Shown: positions 18,055 to 28,121 of the stretch, piece after piece
How the letters are laid out: each line of letters begins with the position of its first letter
How positions within the stretch are numbered: the first letter of the stretch is position 1
NCBI GenBank assembly: GCA_027038695.1
Contig: JALWHA010000133.1
Span: 1 to 37,206, forward strand
Length of the DNA stretch: 37,206 nucleotides
From: Acidobacteriota bacterium
Lineage (GTDB): Bacteria > Acidobacteriota > Holophagae > Thermotomaculales > Thermotomaculaceae
Direction: 5' to 3'
Position numbers and translations under genes: made by a program
The notes under the pieces: model-generated
The model's database searches: none
Told to the model about the DNA's origin: nothing
The model's input: only the letters and a program-made list of their open reading frames with translations

Positions 18055-19324
18055 GATAGTTCTCTTTAAACACCTGATTGACCCTGAGGTAAGAAGCATT
18101 GATAATTACATCAAGTTAGGCGGTTACGAAGGGTTAAAAAAAGCCTTTACAATGCAGCCTGACGAAGTAATTGGAGAGGTTAAGCGTTCTAATTTAAGAG
18201 GTAGAGGCGGTGCCGGATTCCCGACAGGTTTAAAGTGGAGTTTTATGCCTAAGGGGGAAGGGCAAAAGTACTTTGTGTGCAATGCGGACGAGGGAGAGCC
18301 CGGTACCTTTAAAGACAGATATATAATGAGTGAAAACCCTCATCAATTAATTGAGGGTATGGTTATCGGCGGGTATGCAATAGGTGCCACCGTCGGTTAC
18401 ATTTATATTAGAGGGGAATTTGAGTTTGTGGCTAAAACCCTTCAAAAGGCTATTAACGAGGCATATGAAAAGGGATTTCTGGGGAAAAATATTCTAAATT
18501 CAGGTTTTGATTTTGATCTATATATTCATCTTGGGGCTGGAGCATATGTATGCGGAGAAGAAACCGGTTTGATTAACTCCCTTGAAGGCAAACCCGGGCA
18601 ACCGAGGCTAAAGCCTCCTTTCCCCGCACAGTACGGGTTATTCGGGAAACCTACCACGGTAAACAATGTAGAGACTATTGCATGCGTTCCCGATATAATC
18701 AGAAAAGGTTCGGACTGGTTTTTAACAATAGGGCCAGAAAAAAACAACGGTACAAAGATCTATGGTGTAAGCGGTCATGTAAATAATCCCGGGGTTTTTG
18801 AATTGCCTATGGGGACTTCATTGAGAGAGATAATCTTTGAACATGCAGGCGGGATTATCGGCGGGAAGAAGTTGAAAGCGGTAATTCCCGGAGGTTCTTC
18901 GGCTCCGGTTTTGGGGCCTGAGCACCTTGATATTCCTATGGATTTTGATTCATTGAAAAAGGTAGGTTCAATGTTAGGCTCAGGCGCAATAATTGTTATG
19001 AGCGAAGAAACCTGCATTGTTGAGGCCTATACAAGGCTTGCGAAGTTTTACGCTCATGAATCCTGCGGTCAGTGTACCCCGTGCAGGGAAGGAACCGCGT
19101 GGCTTTACAAGATATTAGATAGAATTGAAAAAGGCGAAGGCAAAAAAGGGGATGTGGATTTGATTTTAGATATATGCGGCAAGATTATGGGCAGAACTAT
19201 ATGTCCTCTTGGAGATGCCGCAGTTATGTGCATCAAGCCTGCTATTGAGCGTTTCAGGGAAGAGTTTGAGTTCCATATTGAGCACAAAAAGTGCATGGTT
19301 GAAAATAAAATACCCATATTTTAG
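18047..19324 (+). CDS. nuoF: NADH-quinone oxidoreductase subunit F
   Basis: LRGRGGAGFPTGLKW, NADEGEPGTFKDR, GAGAYVCGEET, ESCGQCTPCREG...TICPLG. Confidence 0.97.
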   Translation: MSEIVLFKHLIDPEVRSIDNYIKLGGYEGLKKAFTMQPDEVIGEVKRSNLRGRGGAGFPTGLKWSFMPKGEGQKYFVCNADEGEPGTFKDRYIMSENPHQLIEGMVIGGYAIGATVGYIYIRGEFEFVAKTLQKAINEAYEKGFLGKNILNSGFDFDLYIHLGAGAYVCGEETGLINSLEGKPGQPRLKPPFPAQYGLFGKPTTVNNVETIACVPDIIRKGSDWFLTIGPEKNNGTKIYGVSGHVNNPGVFELPMGTSLREIIFEHAGGIIGGKKLKAVIPGGSSAPVLGPEHLDIPMDFDSLKKVGSMLGSGAIIVMSEETCIVEAYTRLAKFYAHESCGQCTPCREGTAWLYKILDRIEKGEGKKGDVDLILDICGKIMGRTICPLGDAAVMCIKPAIERFREEFEFHIEHKKCMVENKIPIF

Positions 19325-20851
19325 GTGGCGGATATGATTAGTGTAAAGATAAACGACAAAGAGTATCAGGTAGAAGAAGGAAAAACAATCCTTGAAGCGG
19401 CGAAAGAGATAGGCATTGAAATTCCGCATTACTGTTATCATCTCGCTTTGTCGATTGCGGGTAATTGCAGAATGTGTCTTGTTGAGGTTAAGGGGATGCC
19501 AAAGCCTATGACCGCGTGCTCTACAAGGGTATCGGACGGTATGGAGATTTATACAGATTCCGAGATTGTTAAAGAAGCGAGAAAGGGTGTTCTTGAATTT
19601 ATACTCCTTGACCACCCTCTTGACTGTCCTATTTGTGATAAATCGGGAGAATGCAGGCTTCAGGATTATTACTATGAGCACAGTGGACAGAAATCAAGGT
19701 ATGAGTTTCCTAAAGAGAGGAACAAAGTTGAAAAGATAAGCGAAAAGATTTACCTTAACCCGAACAGGTGTGTACTTTGCACAAGGTGTGTAAGGTTTTT
19801 AAGAGAGATTACACAAACCCATGAGTTGACTACTGTAGAAAGAGGCTCTCATGCTCACATTGTTTGTGTTAACCCTGAAGGTCTTGACAATAACCCTTTT
19901 GCATCAAATATATCCGATATTTGTCCGGTAGGTGCGTTAGGGTTAAACGAATTCAGGTTTAAAAAGAGGGTATGGTTTACTAAAAAGGTTAAAGCCATAT
20001 GTCAGGGATGTACCGCAGGGTGCAATATCTATGTTGATGTTTCTAATAGAAAGCAGTTGTTAGACGGAGACGACGACGAGATTGTAAGGATTCACACTGC
20101 GGAAAACAGGAAATTAGGGCAATACTTTATTTGCGACGAGGGAAGGTACTCTTACAAACTTTACAATGATAAAGAAAACAGAGTTAAAAGCCCTGTGTTA
20201 GAAGGGGAAGAGGTTGATTTTGAAAAAGCGGTTGAGGTTTTAAAAGATAAAACGAATGTAAGAAAGGGTGTGGTTATTCTATCGCCTTTGCATTCAGTTG
20301 AAGAAAACTATGCGGCTTACCTTTTTGCTAAAGAAAGGGGCTTTGATGTTTTCAGGCCTTCTTCTTTCAGAAAGGAATTGCCGGAACCGGCTCTGTTTAT
20401 TGAAGAGAAAAAATCGCCTAACGACAGAATGCTTAAACTGATGAAACTTCCTAAAGTTGGTGAAATTGAAGAAATTGATTACGACTTTGCCTTGTTTCTC
20501 CACAATATAGGGAAGGTTCACTCAAAGAGCGAGGTGAGGATTTTAAGCGTATTAAAGAGAGCGACATTCTCTGTTGTTTTTGAACCTATGCTTTCCGATT
20601 TCGGAAAAAACGCCGATATGGTTCTCCCCGCGCCTATTTTTGTGGAAGAAAACGGTTGTTATATCAATAAAAAGAATTTTATTCAACTTTCAAATAAAGC
20701 GGTTGATTATATGTACCGTGCAAAGCCTATATGGGAATTTTTAGGAATGGATTTCAAGAGCGGAGAAGAGGTGTTTACCCGTTTTGCAAAAGAACAATTA
20801 GATAGAGACCTTAACTACCTGAAGTTAGGGACAGAAGGGTTAGAGTTATGA
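19325..20851 (+). CDS. nuoG: NADH-quinone oxidoreductase subunit G (short form, 508 aa)
   Basis: IPHYCYH..LS.AGNCRMCLVE...AC, HPLDCPICDKSGEC, RCVLCTRC...DICPVGAL, CQGCTAGC...ICDEGR. Lies between nuoF and nuoH. Confidence 0.92.
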   Translation: MADMISVKINDKEYQVEEGKTILEAAKEIGIEIPHYCYHLALSIAGNCRMCLVEVKGMPKPMTACSTRVSDGMEIYTDSEIVKEARKGVLEFILLDHPLDCPICDKSGECRLQDYYYEHSGQKSRYEFPKERNKVEKISEKIYLNPNRCVLCTRCVRFLREITQTHELTTVERGSHAHIVCVNPEGLDNNPFASNISDICPVGALGLNEFRFKKRVWFTKKVKAICQGCTAGCNIYVDVSNRKQLLDGDDDEIVRIHTAENRKLGQYFICDEGRYSYKLYNDKENRVKSPVLEGEEVDFEKAVEVLKDKTNVRKGVVILSPLHSVEENYAAYLFAKERGFDVFRPSSFRKELPEPALFIEEKKSPNDRMLKLMKLPKVGEIEEIDYDFALFLHNIGKVHSKSEVRILSVLKRATFSVVFEPMLSDFGKNADMVLPAPIFVEENGCYINKKNFIQLSNKAVDYMYRAKPIWEFLGMDFKSGEEVFTRFAKEQLDRDLNYLKLGTEGLEL

Positions 20852-21879
20852 TGGAAAGTTTACTAAATCCTCAGGTTTTTATGGTATTTAAGGTGGTTGT
20901 TGTTTTTGTTGCCGTGTTGACACTGGTTGCACTTGCGACGTGGGCTGAAAGAAGGGGTGCCGCTTTTATTCAGGACAGGGTAGGGCCTAACAGGGTCGCA
21001 TTTTTCGGAAAGATAAGGATATTCGGTTTGGGACAGCCCCTTGCGGATGGATTAAAACTTTTTTTTAAAGAAGACCTTTTACCGCTTTATGTGGATAAGG
21101 CGCTTTATATGATTGCTCCCGTAATATCCTTCATACCCGCAACAATGACATTTGCTGCAATTCCGTTCGGCAGGCCTTTTGTTAAAAACGGGGTACATTA
21201 CTTTCTAAGCATACTTCCCCCGGATACGAATATAGGGGTTTTGTATATCTTTGCTCTGGCAGGCATGGGGGTTTACGGCATAATTGTCGGCGGTTGGGCT
21301 TCAAACAACAAATGGTCTATATTAGGCGCAATGAGGGCTTCCGCTCAGGTGATTTCTTATGAACTTGCAATGACCCTTGCTGTGGTAGGGGTTATTATTT
21401 CGGCAGGCAGTTTGAGGCTTGATAAGATCATTGATTCTCAAACCGGTATGTGGAATATTGTCCCTCAAGTTTTAGGAGCGATTGTTTTCTTTGTTTCAAT
21501 GTTTGCGGAAACAAACAGGTTACCATTTGACTTTGCTGAAGGCGAATCGGAGATTATAGGTTACCATACAGAGTACATGAGTATGAAGTTCTCTATGTTC
21601 TTCCTTGCAGAGTACGCAAATATGATTACAGCTTCAGGGTTTTTTGTTGTGCTTTATTTAGGCGGGTGGCATTTCCCCTATCTTGATTCAACCGTCGCAG
21701 GTTCTATTGTTGCCTTTGTAATAAAACTCTTGTTTGTTCTCTGGACTTTTATATGGATAAGATGGACATTGCCGAGGTTCAGATACGACCAATTGATGCG
21801 TTTAGGCTGGAAAATAATGTTGCCGTTATCGTTGATTAACCTTGTTATAGTTGCTCTTTTTTACGCATACGGGGGGTAA
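20848..21879 (+). CDS. nuoH: NADH-quinone oxidoreductase subunit H
   Basis: QDRVGPNR, QPLADGLKLFFKED, GWASNNKW, ISYE, AETNRLPFD..EGESE, TLPRFRYDQLM. Confidence 0.97.
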   Translation: MMESLLNPQVFMVFKVVVVFVAVLTLVALATWAERRGAAFIQDRVGPNRVAFFGKIRIFGLGQPLADGLKLFFKEDLLPLYVDKALYMIAPVISFIPATMTFAAIPFGRPFVKNGVHYFLSILPPDTNIGVLYIFALAGMGVYGIIVGGWASNNKWSILGAMRASAQVISYELAMTLAVVGVIISAGSLRLDKIIDSQTGMWNIVPQVLGAIVFFVSMFAETNRLPFDFAEGESEIIGYHTEYMSMKFSMFFLAEYANMITASGFFVVLYLGGWHFPYLDSTVAGSIVAFVIKLLFVLWTFIWIRWTLPRFRYDQLMRLGWKIMLPLSLINLVIVALFYAYGG

Positions 21880-21882
21880 GAG

Positions 21883-22386
21883 ATGGCTTTGAAGAAAGAC
21901 GTAAAACTGAAATTATGGGATAAGATTTACCTTCCCGCTGTTTTAAAGGGAATGGGGATAACAATTTCTCACTTCTTTAAAACCCTGTTTACTCCCCCGT
22001 CAAAGAGGTACACTATTGAGTACCCTGACAGAAGGAAAGAGGATATTCCCGAATGGTACAGGGGTTTGCATAGGTTGAATACTTATGAGGACGGCACTTT
22101 AAAGTGTGTTGCCTGTTTTTGTTGTGCGACAGCCTGTCCGGCAGACGCAATTTACATTGAGCCTGACGACCTTGAAGACTTTGATAAGGAACACCCCAAG
22201 GAAAAGGCTCCTAAAGTTTTTAAGATAGATCTGCACAGGTGTATTTACTGTGGATTCTGTGAAGAGGCTTGCCCGAAAGATGCCATTGTTTTAACAAACC
22301 ATTACGAGATTATACATACCTCAAGGGAATCCGGCATTATAGGAATTGAGGATTTGATAAAAACTAAAAGAGAAGGTGGGGAATAA
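21883..22386 (+). CDS. nuoI: NADH-quinone oxidoreductase subunit I
   Basis: TIEYP, RGLHRL, two [4Fe-4S] motifs CVACFCCATACP and CIYCGFCEEACP. Confidence 0.96.
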   Translation: MALKKDVKLKLWDKIYLPAVLKGMGITISHFFKTLFTPPSKRYTIEYPDRRKEDIPEWYRGLHRLNTYEDGTLKCVACFCCATACPADAIYIEPDDLEDFDKEHPKEKAPKVFKIDLHRCIYCGFCEEACPKDAIVLTNHYEIIHTSRESGIIGIEDLIKTKREGGE

Positions 22387-22387
22387 A

Positions 22388-22888
22388 ATGCAGTTGGCGT
22401 TCTGGATTCTAAGTTTTATAGCGGTGTTTGCCGCCGTTATGGTTATATTGTCTGACAGGCCTATTGTAAGCGGGCTGTACCTGTTACTTTCGTTTGTGGC
22501 TATTTCCGGTATCTACCTTACTCTTTCAGCCCCGTTTATCGCCGCTATGCAGTTAGTTGTTTACGCAGGGGCGATTATTGTTTTATTCCTGTTTGTTTTG
22601 ATGCTATTAAATCAACACCGGGAAGAGCCGTCAAGAAGAAACAAGTTTGTAACTTTTATATCCGTGGTGGGCGGAATTTTAATAGGTGTTTTTATCTACC
22701 TTTCGTTTTTGAAAAGCAAGATACTGCTTTCTTACACAAAGATGAGTGCGGTAGGCGGTATGAAAAACAATGTTGAAACCATTGCCGATGTTATGTTTAG
22801 CAAGTACTTTATCCCCTTTGAACTGCTCTCTCTCCTGTTGCTTGCGGCAATGGTTGCGGCGGTATTTTTATCAAAGAAGAGGGTGTAA
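22388..22888 (+). CDS. nuoJ: NADH-quinone oxidoreductase subunit J
   Basis: QLVVYAGAIIVLFLFVLMLL, YFIPFELLSLLLLAAMV. ATG 22388 preferred over GTG 22376. Confidence 0.95.
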   Translation: MQLAFWILSFIAVFAAVMVILSDRPIVSGLYLLLSFVAISGIYLTLSAPFIAAMQLVVYAGAIIVLFLFVLMLLNQHREEPSRRNKFVTFISVVGGILIGVFIYLSFLKSKILLSYTKMSAVGGMKNNVETIADVMFSKYFIPFELLSLLLLAAMVAAVFLSKKRV

Positions 22889-22890
22889 CT

Positions 22891-23193
22891 ATGGTTGCAA
22901 TGGCAGATTACGCAATTTTAAGCACGGTGTTGTTTACAATAGGTATTGTTGGTATTTTAATCAGAAGGAATATCATTACTATTTTAATGTGCATTGAATT
23001 GATATTAAACTCGGTAAACCTGTTATTCGTTGCTTTTTCAAGGTTTATGGGCAATGTTGACGGTCAGATTTTCGTGTTTTTTATCTTTGCCATAGCCGCT
23101 GCTGAGGCTGCGGTAGGTTTAGCGTTGGTGGTTGCTTACTTTAAGTTGAGAGAAACAATAGAAGTTGACGAAATAAAACTTTTGAAGGGATGA
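22891..23193 (+). CDS. nuoK: NADH-quinone oxidoreductase subunit K
   Basis: RRNII..LMCIELILNSVN, AAAEAAVGLA, C-terminal LKG. Confidence 0.96.
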   Translation: MVAMADYAILSTVLFTIGIVGILIRRNIITILMCIELILNSVNLLFVAFSRFMGNVDGQIFVFFIFAIAAAEAAVGLALVVAYFKLRETIEVDEIKLLKG

Positions 23194-23197
23194 TGTT

Positions 23198-25147
23198 ATG
23201 ACTGGATATGTATGGTTAATCCCCGTATTCCCGTTGATAGGTTTTTTAATTAACGGGTTGTTCGGCAGAAAACTGCCGAGGAAGGTTATAGGAATTATCG
23301 GAAGCGGAGCCATTCTTTTGTCATTCCTTCTGGCCTGTGTCATTTTTGTTCAGATGAACGGCAATGCCGAATTCTCCGAACACGGGGTTAGAAATGTGTT
23401 GTTTCCCTGGATTTCTTACGGAGACTTTAATGTGAATTTTGCATACCTGTTTGACAGGCTATCAGGTTCAATGACCTTAATGGTTGCAGGCGTCAGTTTC
23501 CTGATTCATGTTTATTCAATAGGCTATATGGCTGAAGAAGAGGGGTATTGGAGGTACTTTGCATACCTTAACCTATTTGTTTTTATGATGCTTACCCTCG
23601 TGCTTGCAGATAACCTTTTACTTATGTTTGTAGGCTGGGAAGGGGTAGGTTTATGTTCATATTTGCTTATAGGGTTTTACTACACCACAAAAGTTGCGTC
23701 AGATGCGGGTAAAAAGGCTTTTATTGTAAACCGTGTCGGCGATTTCGGTTTCATTCTCGGAATGTTTCTGATATTTACCCTTTTCGGTTCATTACAGTTT
23801 GACAAGATCAGGGAAGGGATCATGTCTGCAGGGCTTACCCCTGAACACACTTTCGGGGTTATAACATTAGCGACTATTCTGCTTTTTGTAGGCGCAACAG
23901 GTAAATCTGCTCAAATCCCGTTGTATATCTGGTTGCCTGACGCTATGGCGGGGCCTACTCCGGTATCCGCTTTGATCCATGCGGCAACAATGGTTACTTC
24001 AGGTGTTTATATGATTGTTAAATTAAACTTTTTATTTCAACTTGCGCCGATTACCTTGCTGACTATAGCCTGGGTCGGAGGTTTAACCGCGCTATTTGCG
24101 GCAACAATAGGTACGGTGCAAAACGACATAAAGAAAGTTCTCGCATACTCAACGGTATCTCAATTAGGTTATATGTTCCTTGCTTTAGGGGTAGGCGCTT
24201 TTATTGCTGGTTTTTTTCACATTTTAACTCACGCATTCTTTAAAGCTTTGTTATTTTTAGGTTCAGGTTCGGTAATTCACGCTATGCACCACGCATATCA
24301 CCATGCGGGGATTCATGATAAAGACCCGCAGGATATAAGAAATATGGGTGGCTTAAAGAAGTATATGCCTAAAACATACTGGACGTTCTTAATTGCTACA
24401 CTGGCTATTGCAGGATTTCCGCCTTTTGCAGGTTTTTTCTCAAAAGACGAGATCTTGTGGAAAGCATTTGCCTCAGATCATAAGATTTTATGGGCAATAG
24501 GCGCTTTTGCCGCTGTGCTTACCTCTTTCTATATGTTCAGGCTTGTTTATCTGACGTTTTTAGGGGATTTTAGAGGGGGTAAAAACGAAGAGGAGGGTTT
24601 ACACGAGTCTCCTTCGGTTATGACGGTGCCTTTAATGTCGCTTGCATTTCTTTCCGTTGTAGGCGGCTGGCTCGGATTTCCCCATATATTTCACCTGCCG
24701 AACGTGCTTGAACACTACTTAGAGCCTATGGTTGAAAATATAGGCGGGTTACACTTTATGCACAATATTTCAATGGAATGGACATTGATGTTTGTTTCGG
24801 TGGGCCTTGCAATTATAGGCTGGTTATTTGCAAAATTCCTTTACGGAAGAAAGACGGACGCACCTTCAAAATTGGCAAATACATTCGGTTATTTCCATAA
24901 AATTCTCTTAAACAAGTACTATGTTGACGAAATCTATTTCGCTCTAATTGTTAATCCTGTTAAAAAGATTGGAGAATTTTGCTGGTTATTTATAGATACG
25001 GTAATAATAGACGGGGCTGTTAACCTTTCCGCAAACCTTGCAAGGTGTGTGGGCAAGATTTACTCCCTGTATCAGAACGGTGCAGTAAAGGTTTATGCGT
25101 TAACAATGCTGGGCGGAATACTGATACTATTCTGGATTTTCTTTTAG
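23198..25147 (+). CDS. nuoL: NADH-quinone oxidoreductase subunit L
   Basis: GWEGVGLCSYLLIGF, NRVGDFG, GKSAQIPL..WLPDAMAGPTPVSALIHAATMV, THAFFKALLFL, GFFSKDEI. Confidence 0.97.
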   Translation: MTGYVWLIPVFPLIGFLINGLFGRKLPRKVIGIIGSGAILLSFLLACVIFVQMNGNAEFSEHGVRNVLFPWISYGDFNVNFAYLFDRLSGSMTLMVAGVSFLIHVYSIGYMAEEEGYWRYFAYLNLFVFMMLTLVLADNLLLMFVGWEGVGLCSYLLIGFYYTTKVASDAGKKAFIVNRVGDFGFILGMFLIFTLFGSLQFDKIREGIMSAGLTPEHTFGVITLATILLFVGATGKSAQIPLYIWLPDAMAGPTPVSALIHAATMVTSGVYMIVKLNFLFQLAPITLLTIAWVGGLTALFAATIGTVQNDIKKVLAYSTVSQLGYMFLALGVGAFIAGFFHILTHAFFKALLFLGSGSVIHAMHHAYHHAGIHDKDPQDIRNMGGLKKYMPKTYWTFLIATLAIAGFPPFAGFFSKDEILWKAFASDHKILWAIGAFAAVLTSFYMFRLVYLTFLGDFRGGKNEEEGLHESPSVMTVPLMSLAFLSVVGGWLGFPHIFHLPNVLEHYLEPMVENIGGLHFMHNISMEWTLMFVSVGLAIIGWLFAKFLYGRKTDAPSKLANTFGYFHKILLNKYYVDEIYFALIVNPVKKIGEFCWLFIDTVIIDGAVNLSANLARCVGKIYSLYQNGAVKVYALTMLGGILILFWIFF

Positions 25148-25161
25148 TGTGAGGGGTTGTT

Positions 25162-26688
25162 ATGTTTGAGAATCACTTTTTAAGTCTGGTTACTTTTTTT
25201 CCGTTGCTTGCAGTTCTTATTCTATTGTTTTTCCCCTCTAAAGAAGAAAAGGGGATTAAGGTTTTCGGGGTGATTTTTTCCCTTATTCACTTTTTAATAT
25301 CCCTGAAACTTCTTTTAAATTTTGATTATTCAATGTATAAACTTCAGTTTGTTGAAAGGGCGAATTGGATTGCCACAAACTTTCTGAAGTCAAAATACTT
25401 TATAGGCATAGACGGGATAAGCCTTTTTATTGTTTTGCTTACTACGTTTTTAATGCCTATAATTTTTCTTTCAACCTATTCGGGGATAACAAAAAAGGTT
25501 AAATCTTTTTATATTCATATGTTTTTGCTTGAAGTTGGAATTTTAGGCTCTCTTGTATCCCTTGACCTGTTTCTCTTTTATGTATTCTGGGAGATAATGC
25601 TAATACCGATGTACTTTATTATAGGCGTCTGGGGAGGCGAGAGAAGGATTTATGCGGCAATAAAGTTTTTTATCTATACCATGGCAGGTTCACTCCTTAT
25701 GCTTCTCGGCATTATGTATATTTACAAAACTGTTGGAACCTTTGACCTGTTTAAGGTTTACTCGTACCATTTTAGTTTGAAAGAACAGATTTATCTGTTT
25801 GCCGGGTTTGCAATTGCTTTTGCCATTAAGGTTCCTATCTTTCCGTTTCATACCTGGTTGCCTGATGCTCATACGGAAGCACCTACCGCAGGTTCGGTTA
25901 TCCTTGCGGGCGTATTGTTGAAATTGGGAACTTACGGTTTTTTAAGGTTTGCTATGCCTATGTTTCCGAACGCAATGGTTAAGTTTGCACCCTATGTCAT
26001 TGTCCTTGCCATAATAGGAATAATCTACGGGGCATTGGTTGCAATGGTGCAAAAGGATATTAAGAAACTCGTTGCATACTCTTCTGTTTCCCATTTAGGC
26101 TATGTTATGTTAGGTTTGTTTGCCTTAACGGTTTACGGTATGCAGGGCGGAATCTTGCAGATGATAAACCACGGTATCTCAACAGGTGCATTGTTCCTTT
26201 TAGTCGGGATTGTCTATGAGCGGAAACACACAAGGCTTATTGCCGAGTACGGCGGAATAGCGAAGGTTATGCCTGTTTATGCGGTTTTCTTTATGATAGT
26301 GACTTTATCTTCAATAGGATTGCCGCTCACAAACGGCTTTGTAGGAGAGTTTTCAATACTTTTAGGTACCTTCAAGTCTTCCTGGAACCATGCCTGGATT
26401 TATACAGCTTTTGCCGCGTCAGGGGTTATTTTAGGTGCCGTTTATATGCTCTGGATGTATCAGAGGGTTTTCTTTAATACCGAACCGTCTGATGAAAATA
26501 AAAAACTTGAGGACTTAAAGACAAGGGAGGTTGCATATCTCATTCCGCTTGTCATTATGATATTTTGGATAGGGCTTTATCCTAACTTTTTCTTTAAAAG
26601 GATGCAAAAATCGGTGGATTACTACTTAAATATGTTTAAATCAAAGCAGGTGGCAATGGTGATTGATAATGAGGGGGGTATAAAATGA
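25162..26688 (+). CDS. nuoM: NADH-quinone oxidoreductase subunit M
   Basis: FYVFWE, KVPIFPFHTWLPDAHTEAPT.GSV.LAG.LLKLG.YG, AYSSVSH, GLP...GFVGEF. Confidence 0.97.
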   Translation: MFENHFLSLVTFFPLLAVLILLFFPSKEEKGIKVFGVIFSLIHFLISLKLLLNFDYSMYKLQFVERANWIATNFLKSKYFIGIDGISLFIVLLTTFLMPIIFLSTYSGITKKVKSFYIHMFLLEVGILGSLVSLDLFLFYVFWEIMLIPMYFIIGVWGGERRIYAAIKFFIYTMAGSLLMLLGIMYIYKTVGTFDLFKVYSYHFSLKEQIYLFAGFAIAFAIKVPIFPFHTWLPDAHTEAPTAGSVILAGVLLKLGTYGFLRFAMPMFPNAMVKFAPYVIVLAIIGIIYGALVAMVQKDIKKLVAYSSVSHLGYVMLGLFALTVYGMQGGILQMINHGISTGALFLLVGIVYERKHTRLIAEYGGIAKVMPVYAVFFMIVTLSSIGLPLTNGFVGEFSILLGTFKSSWNHAWIYTAFAASGVILGAVYMLWMYQRVFFNTEPSDENKKLEDLKTREVAYLIPLVIMIFWIGLYPNFFFKRMQKSVDYYLNMFKSKQVAMVIDNEGGIK

Positions 26689-28121
26689 ATGTTTCAATAA
26701 ATTACTTCATGCTAATGCCCTATTTGATTCTTACAGGGGGGATAATCGTCCTGTCTTTTATGGGAGTTTTAAACGAGAAGGTGAAACACTATGCAGGCGT
26801 TATTGCTTCTTTGTTCCTTTTCGGTGATCTTTATTATTTTGTGAAACTTATGCCTAATTTGACTTACAGAAGCCTTGATTATATGCACGGAATGATATAT
26901 TTCAATGCATTTAATATCTACCTTTCAATACTTGTGCTTGTTTGCGGCATAGCATCTTTGGTTCTTGCTGAAGGGTATTTGAACAGGGAAGAGTTTAAGC
27001 ATCCCGAGTTTTACGCGATTGTTTTGGCTTCAATAACAGGTTTACTTGTTATGGTGAATACCAATAATCTTATAAATTTGTTTATCGGGCTTGAATTAAC
27101 TTCTATTCCCCTTTACGCTACCGTTGCTTATTTGAGGTATAAGGAAAGGTCTGTTGAAGGTGCTTTGAAATACTTTATATTAGGTTCAATTGCATCGGGC
27201 TTTTTCCTTTTCGGAATAGCGGTTATCTTCGGAGCAACGGGAAGTGTTGTTTTCAAAGATATTTTGATTGTGAAAAAGTCTGACGAGTTGTTTAAGTTAG
27301 GCCTTTTATTTTTAATGGTGGGAATAGGTTTTAAAGCGTCCGCAGCTCCCTTCCATATGTGGACTCCTGATGCGTACGAAGGCGCGCCAACGCCTGTTAC
27401 CGCTTTTATGTCAATTGCTCCTAAAGCGGTCGCAATTGTCATTCTGGTAAAGATTTTCTATATCGCTTTCCCCGATATGTTTGGATTATGGGAGAAGGGA
27501 TTATTTGTAATTGCCGCTTTAACTGTTTTAATAGGCAATTTCGGGGCTTTGGTTCAGAATTCCGTCAAAAGGATGCTTGCTTACTCTTCAATAGCACACG
27601 CAGGATATCTTTTAATGGCTATAGTTGCTTTTTCAATAGAAGGGATTTCTTCCATACTTTTTTACCTTGCAGGTTATCTTTTAATCAATATAGGGGCTTT
27701 CGGAAGTCTGGCGCTTCTTAAAGACGGAGACAATGATTATGTTGATTACAACCATTTAAGGGGTTTGGGGTATAAGTATCCTTTGTTCGGAATACTTTTA
27801 AGCGTATTTATGTTCTCTTTGGCAGGAATTCCCGCAACTATAGGTTTTGTCGGTAAGTTTTACATCTTTAAATCATTAATTGTTAAAGAGCAGTATATTT
27901 TGGCATTGATAGGTATTTTAGGTTCGTTGATTTCTGTTTACTATTATCTTAAAGTAGTTGTAGTGATGTATATGAAGGAAAATCCCGAAGAAAGGGATTT
28001 TAAATTCAGTTTTTTAACGCTAACTCTTTTGCTAATTTGTGCGGCCGGTGTGATTTATTTCGGATTATTTCCGCAAGGCATTAATAAATTTGCAATTTTG
28101 GCTGCAAAGGTATTAATATGA
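26685..28121 (+). CDS. nuoN: NADH-quinone oxidoreductase subunit N
   Basis: EGALKYFILG, FKASAAPFHMWTPDAYEGAPTP, KRMLAYSSIAHAGY, SLAGIP...GFVGKF. Confidence 0.97.
   Translation: MNVSINYFMLMPYLILTGGIIVLSFMGVLNEKVKHYAGVIASLFLFGDLYYFVKLMPNLTYRSLDYMHGMIYFNAFNIYLSILVLVCGIASLVLAEGYLNREEFKHPEFYAIVLASITGLLVMVNTNNLINLFIGLELTSIPLYATVAYLRYKERSVEGALKYFILGSIASGFFLFGIAVIFGATGSVVFKDILIVKKSDELFKLGLLFLMVGIGFKASAAPFHMWTPDAYEGAPTPVTAFMSIAPKAVAIVILVKIFYIAFPDMFGLWEKGLFVIAALTVLIGNFGALVQNSVKRMLAYSSIAHAGYLLMAIVAFSIEGISSILFYLAGYLLINIGAFGSLALLKDGDNDYVDYNHLRGLGYKYPLFGILLSVFMFSLAGIPATIGFVGKFYIFKSLIVKEQYILALIGILGSLISVYYYLKVVVVMYMKENPEERDFKFSFLTLTLLLICAAGVIYFGLFPQGINKFAILAAKVLI

Noticed and set aside
19166-19681. 171-aa antisense ORF across nuoF/nuoG
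   Set aside because: Lies entirely opposite highly conserved genes and has no recognisable motifs; shadow ORF.
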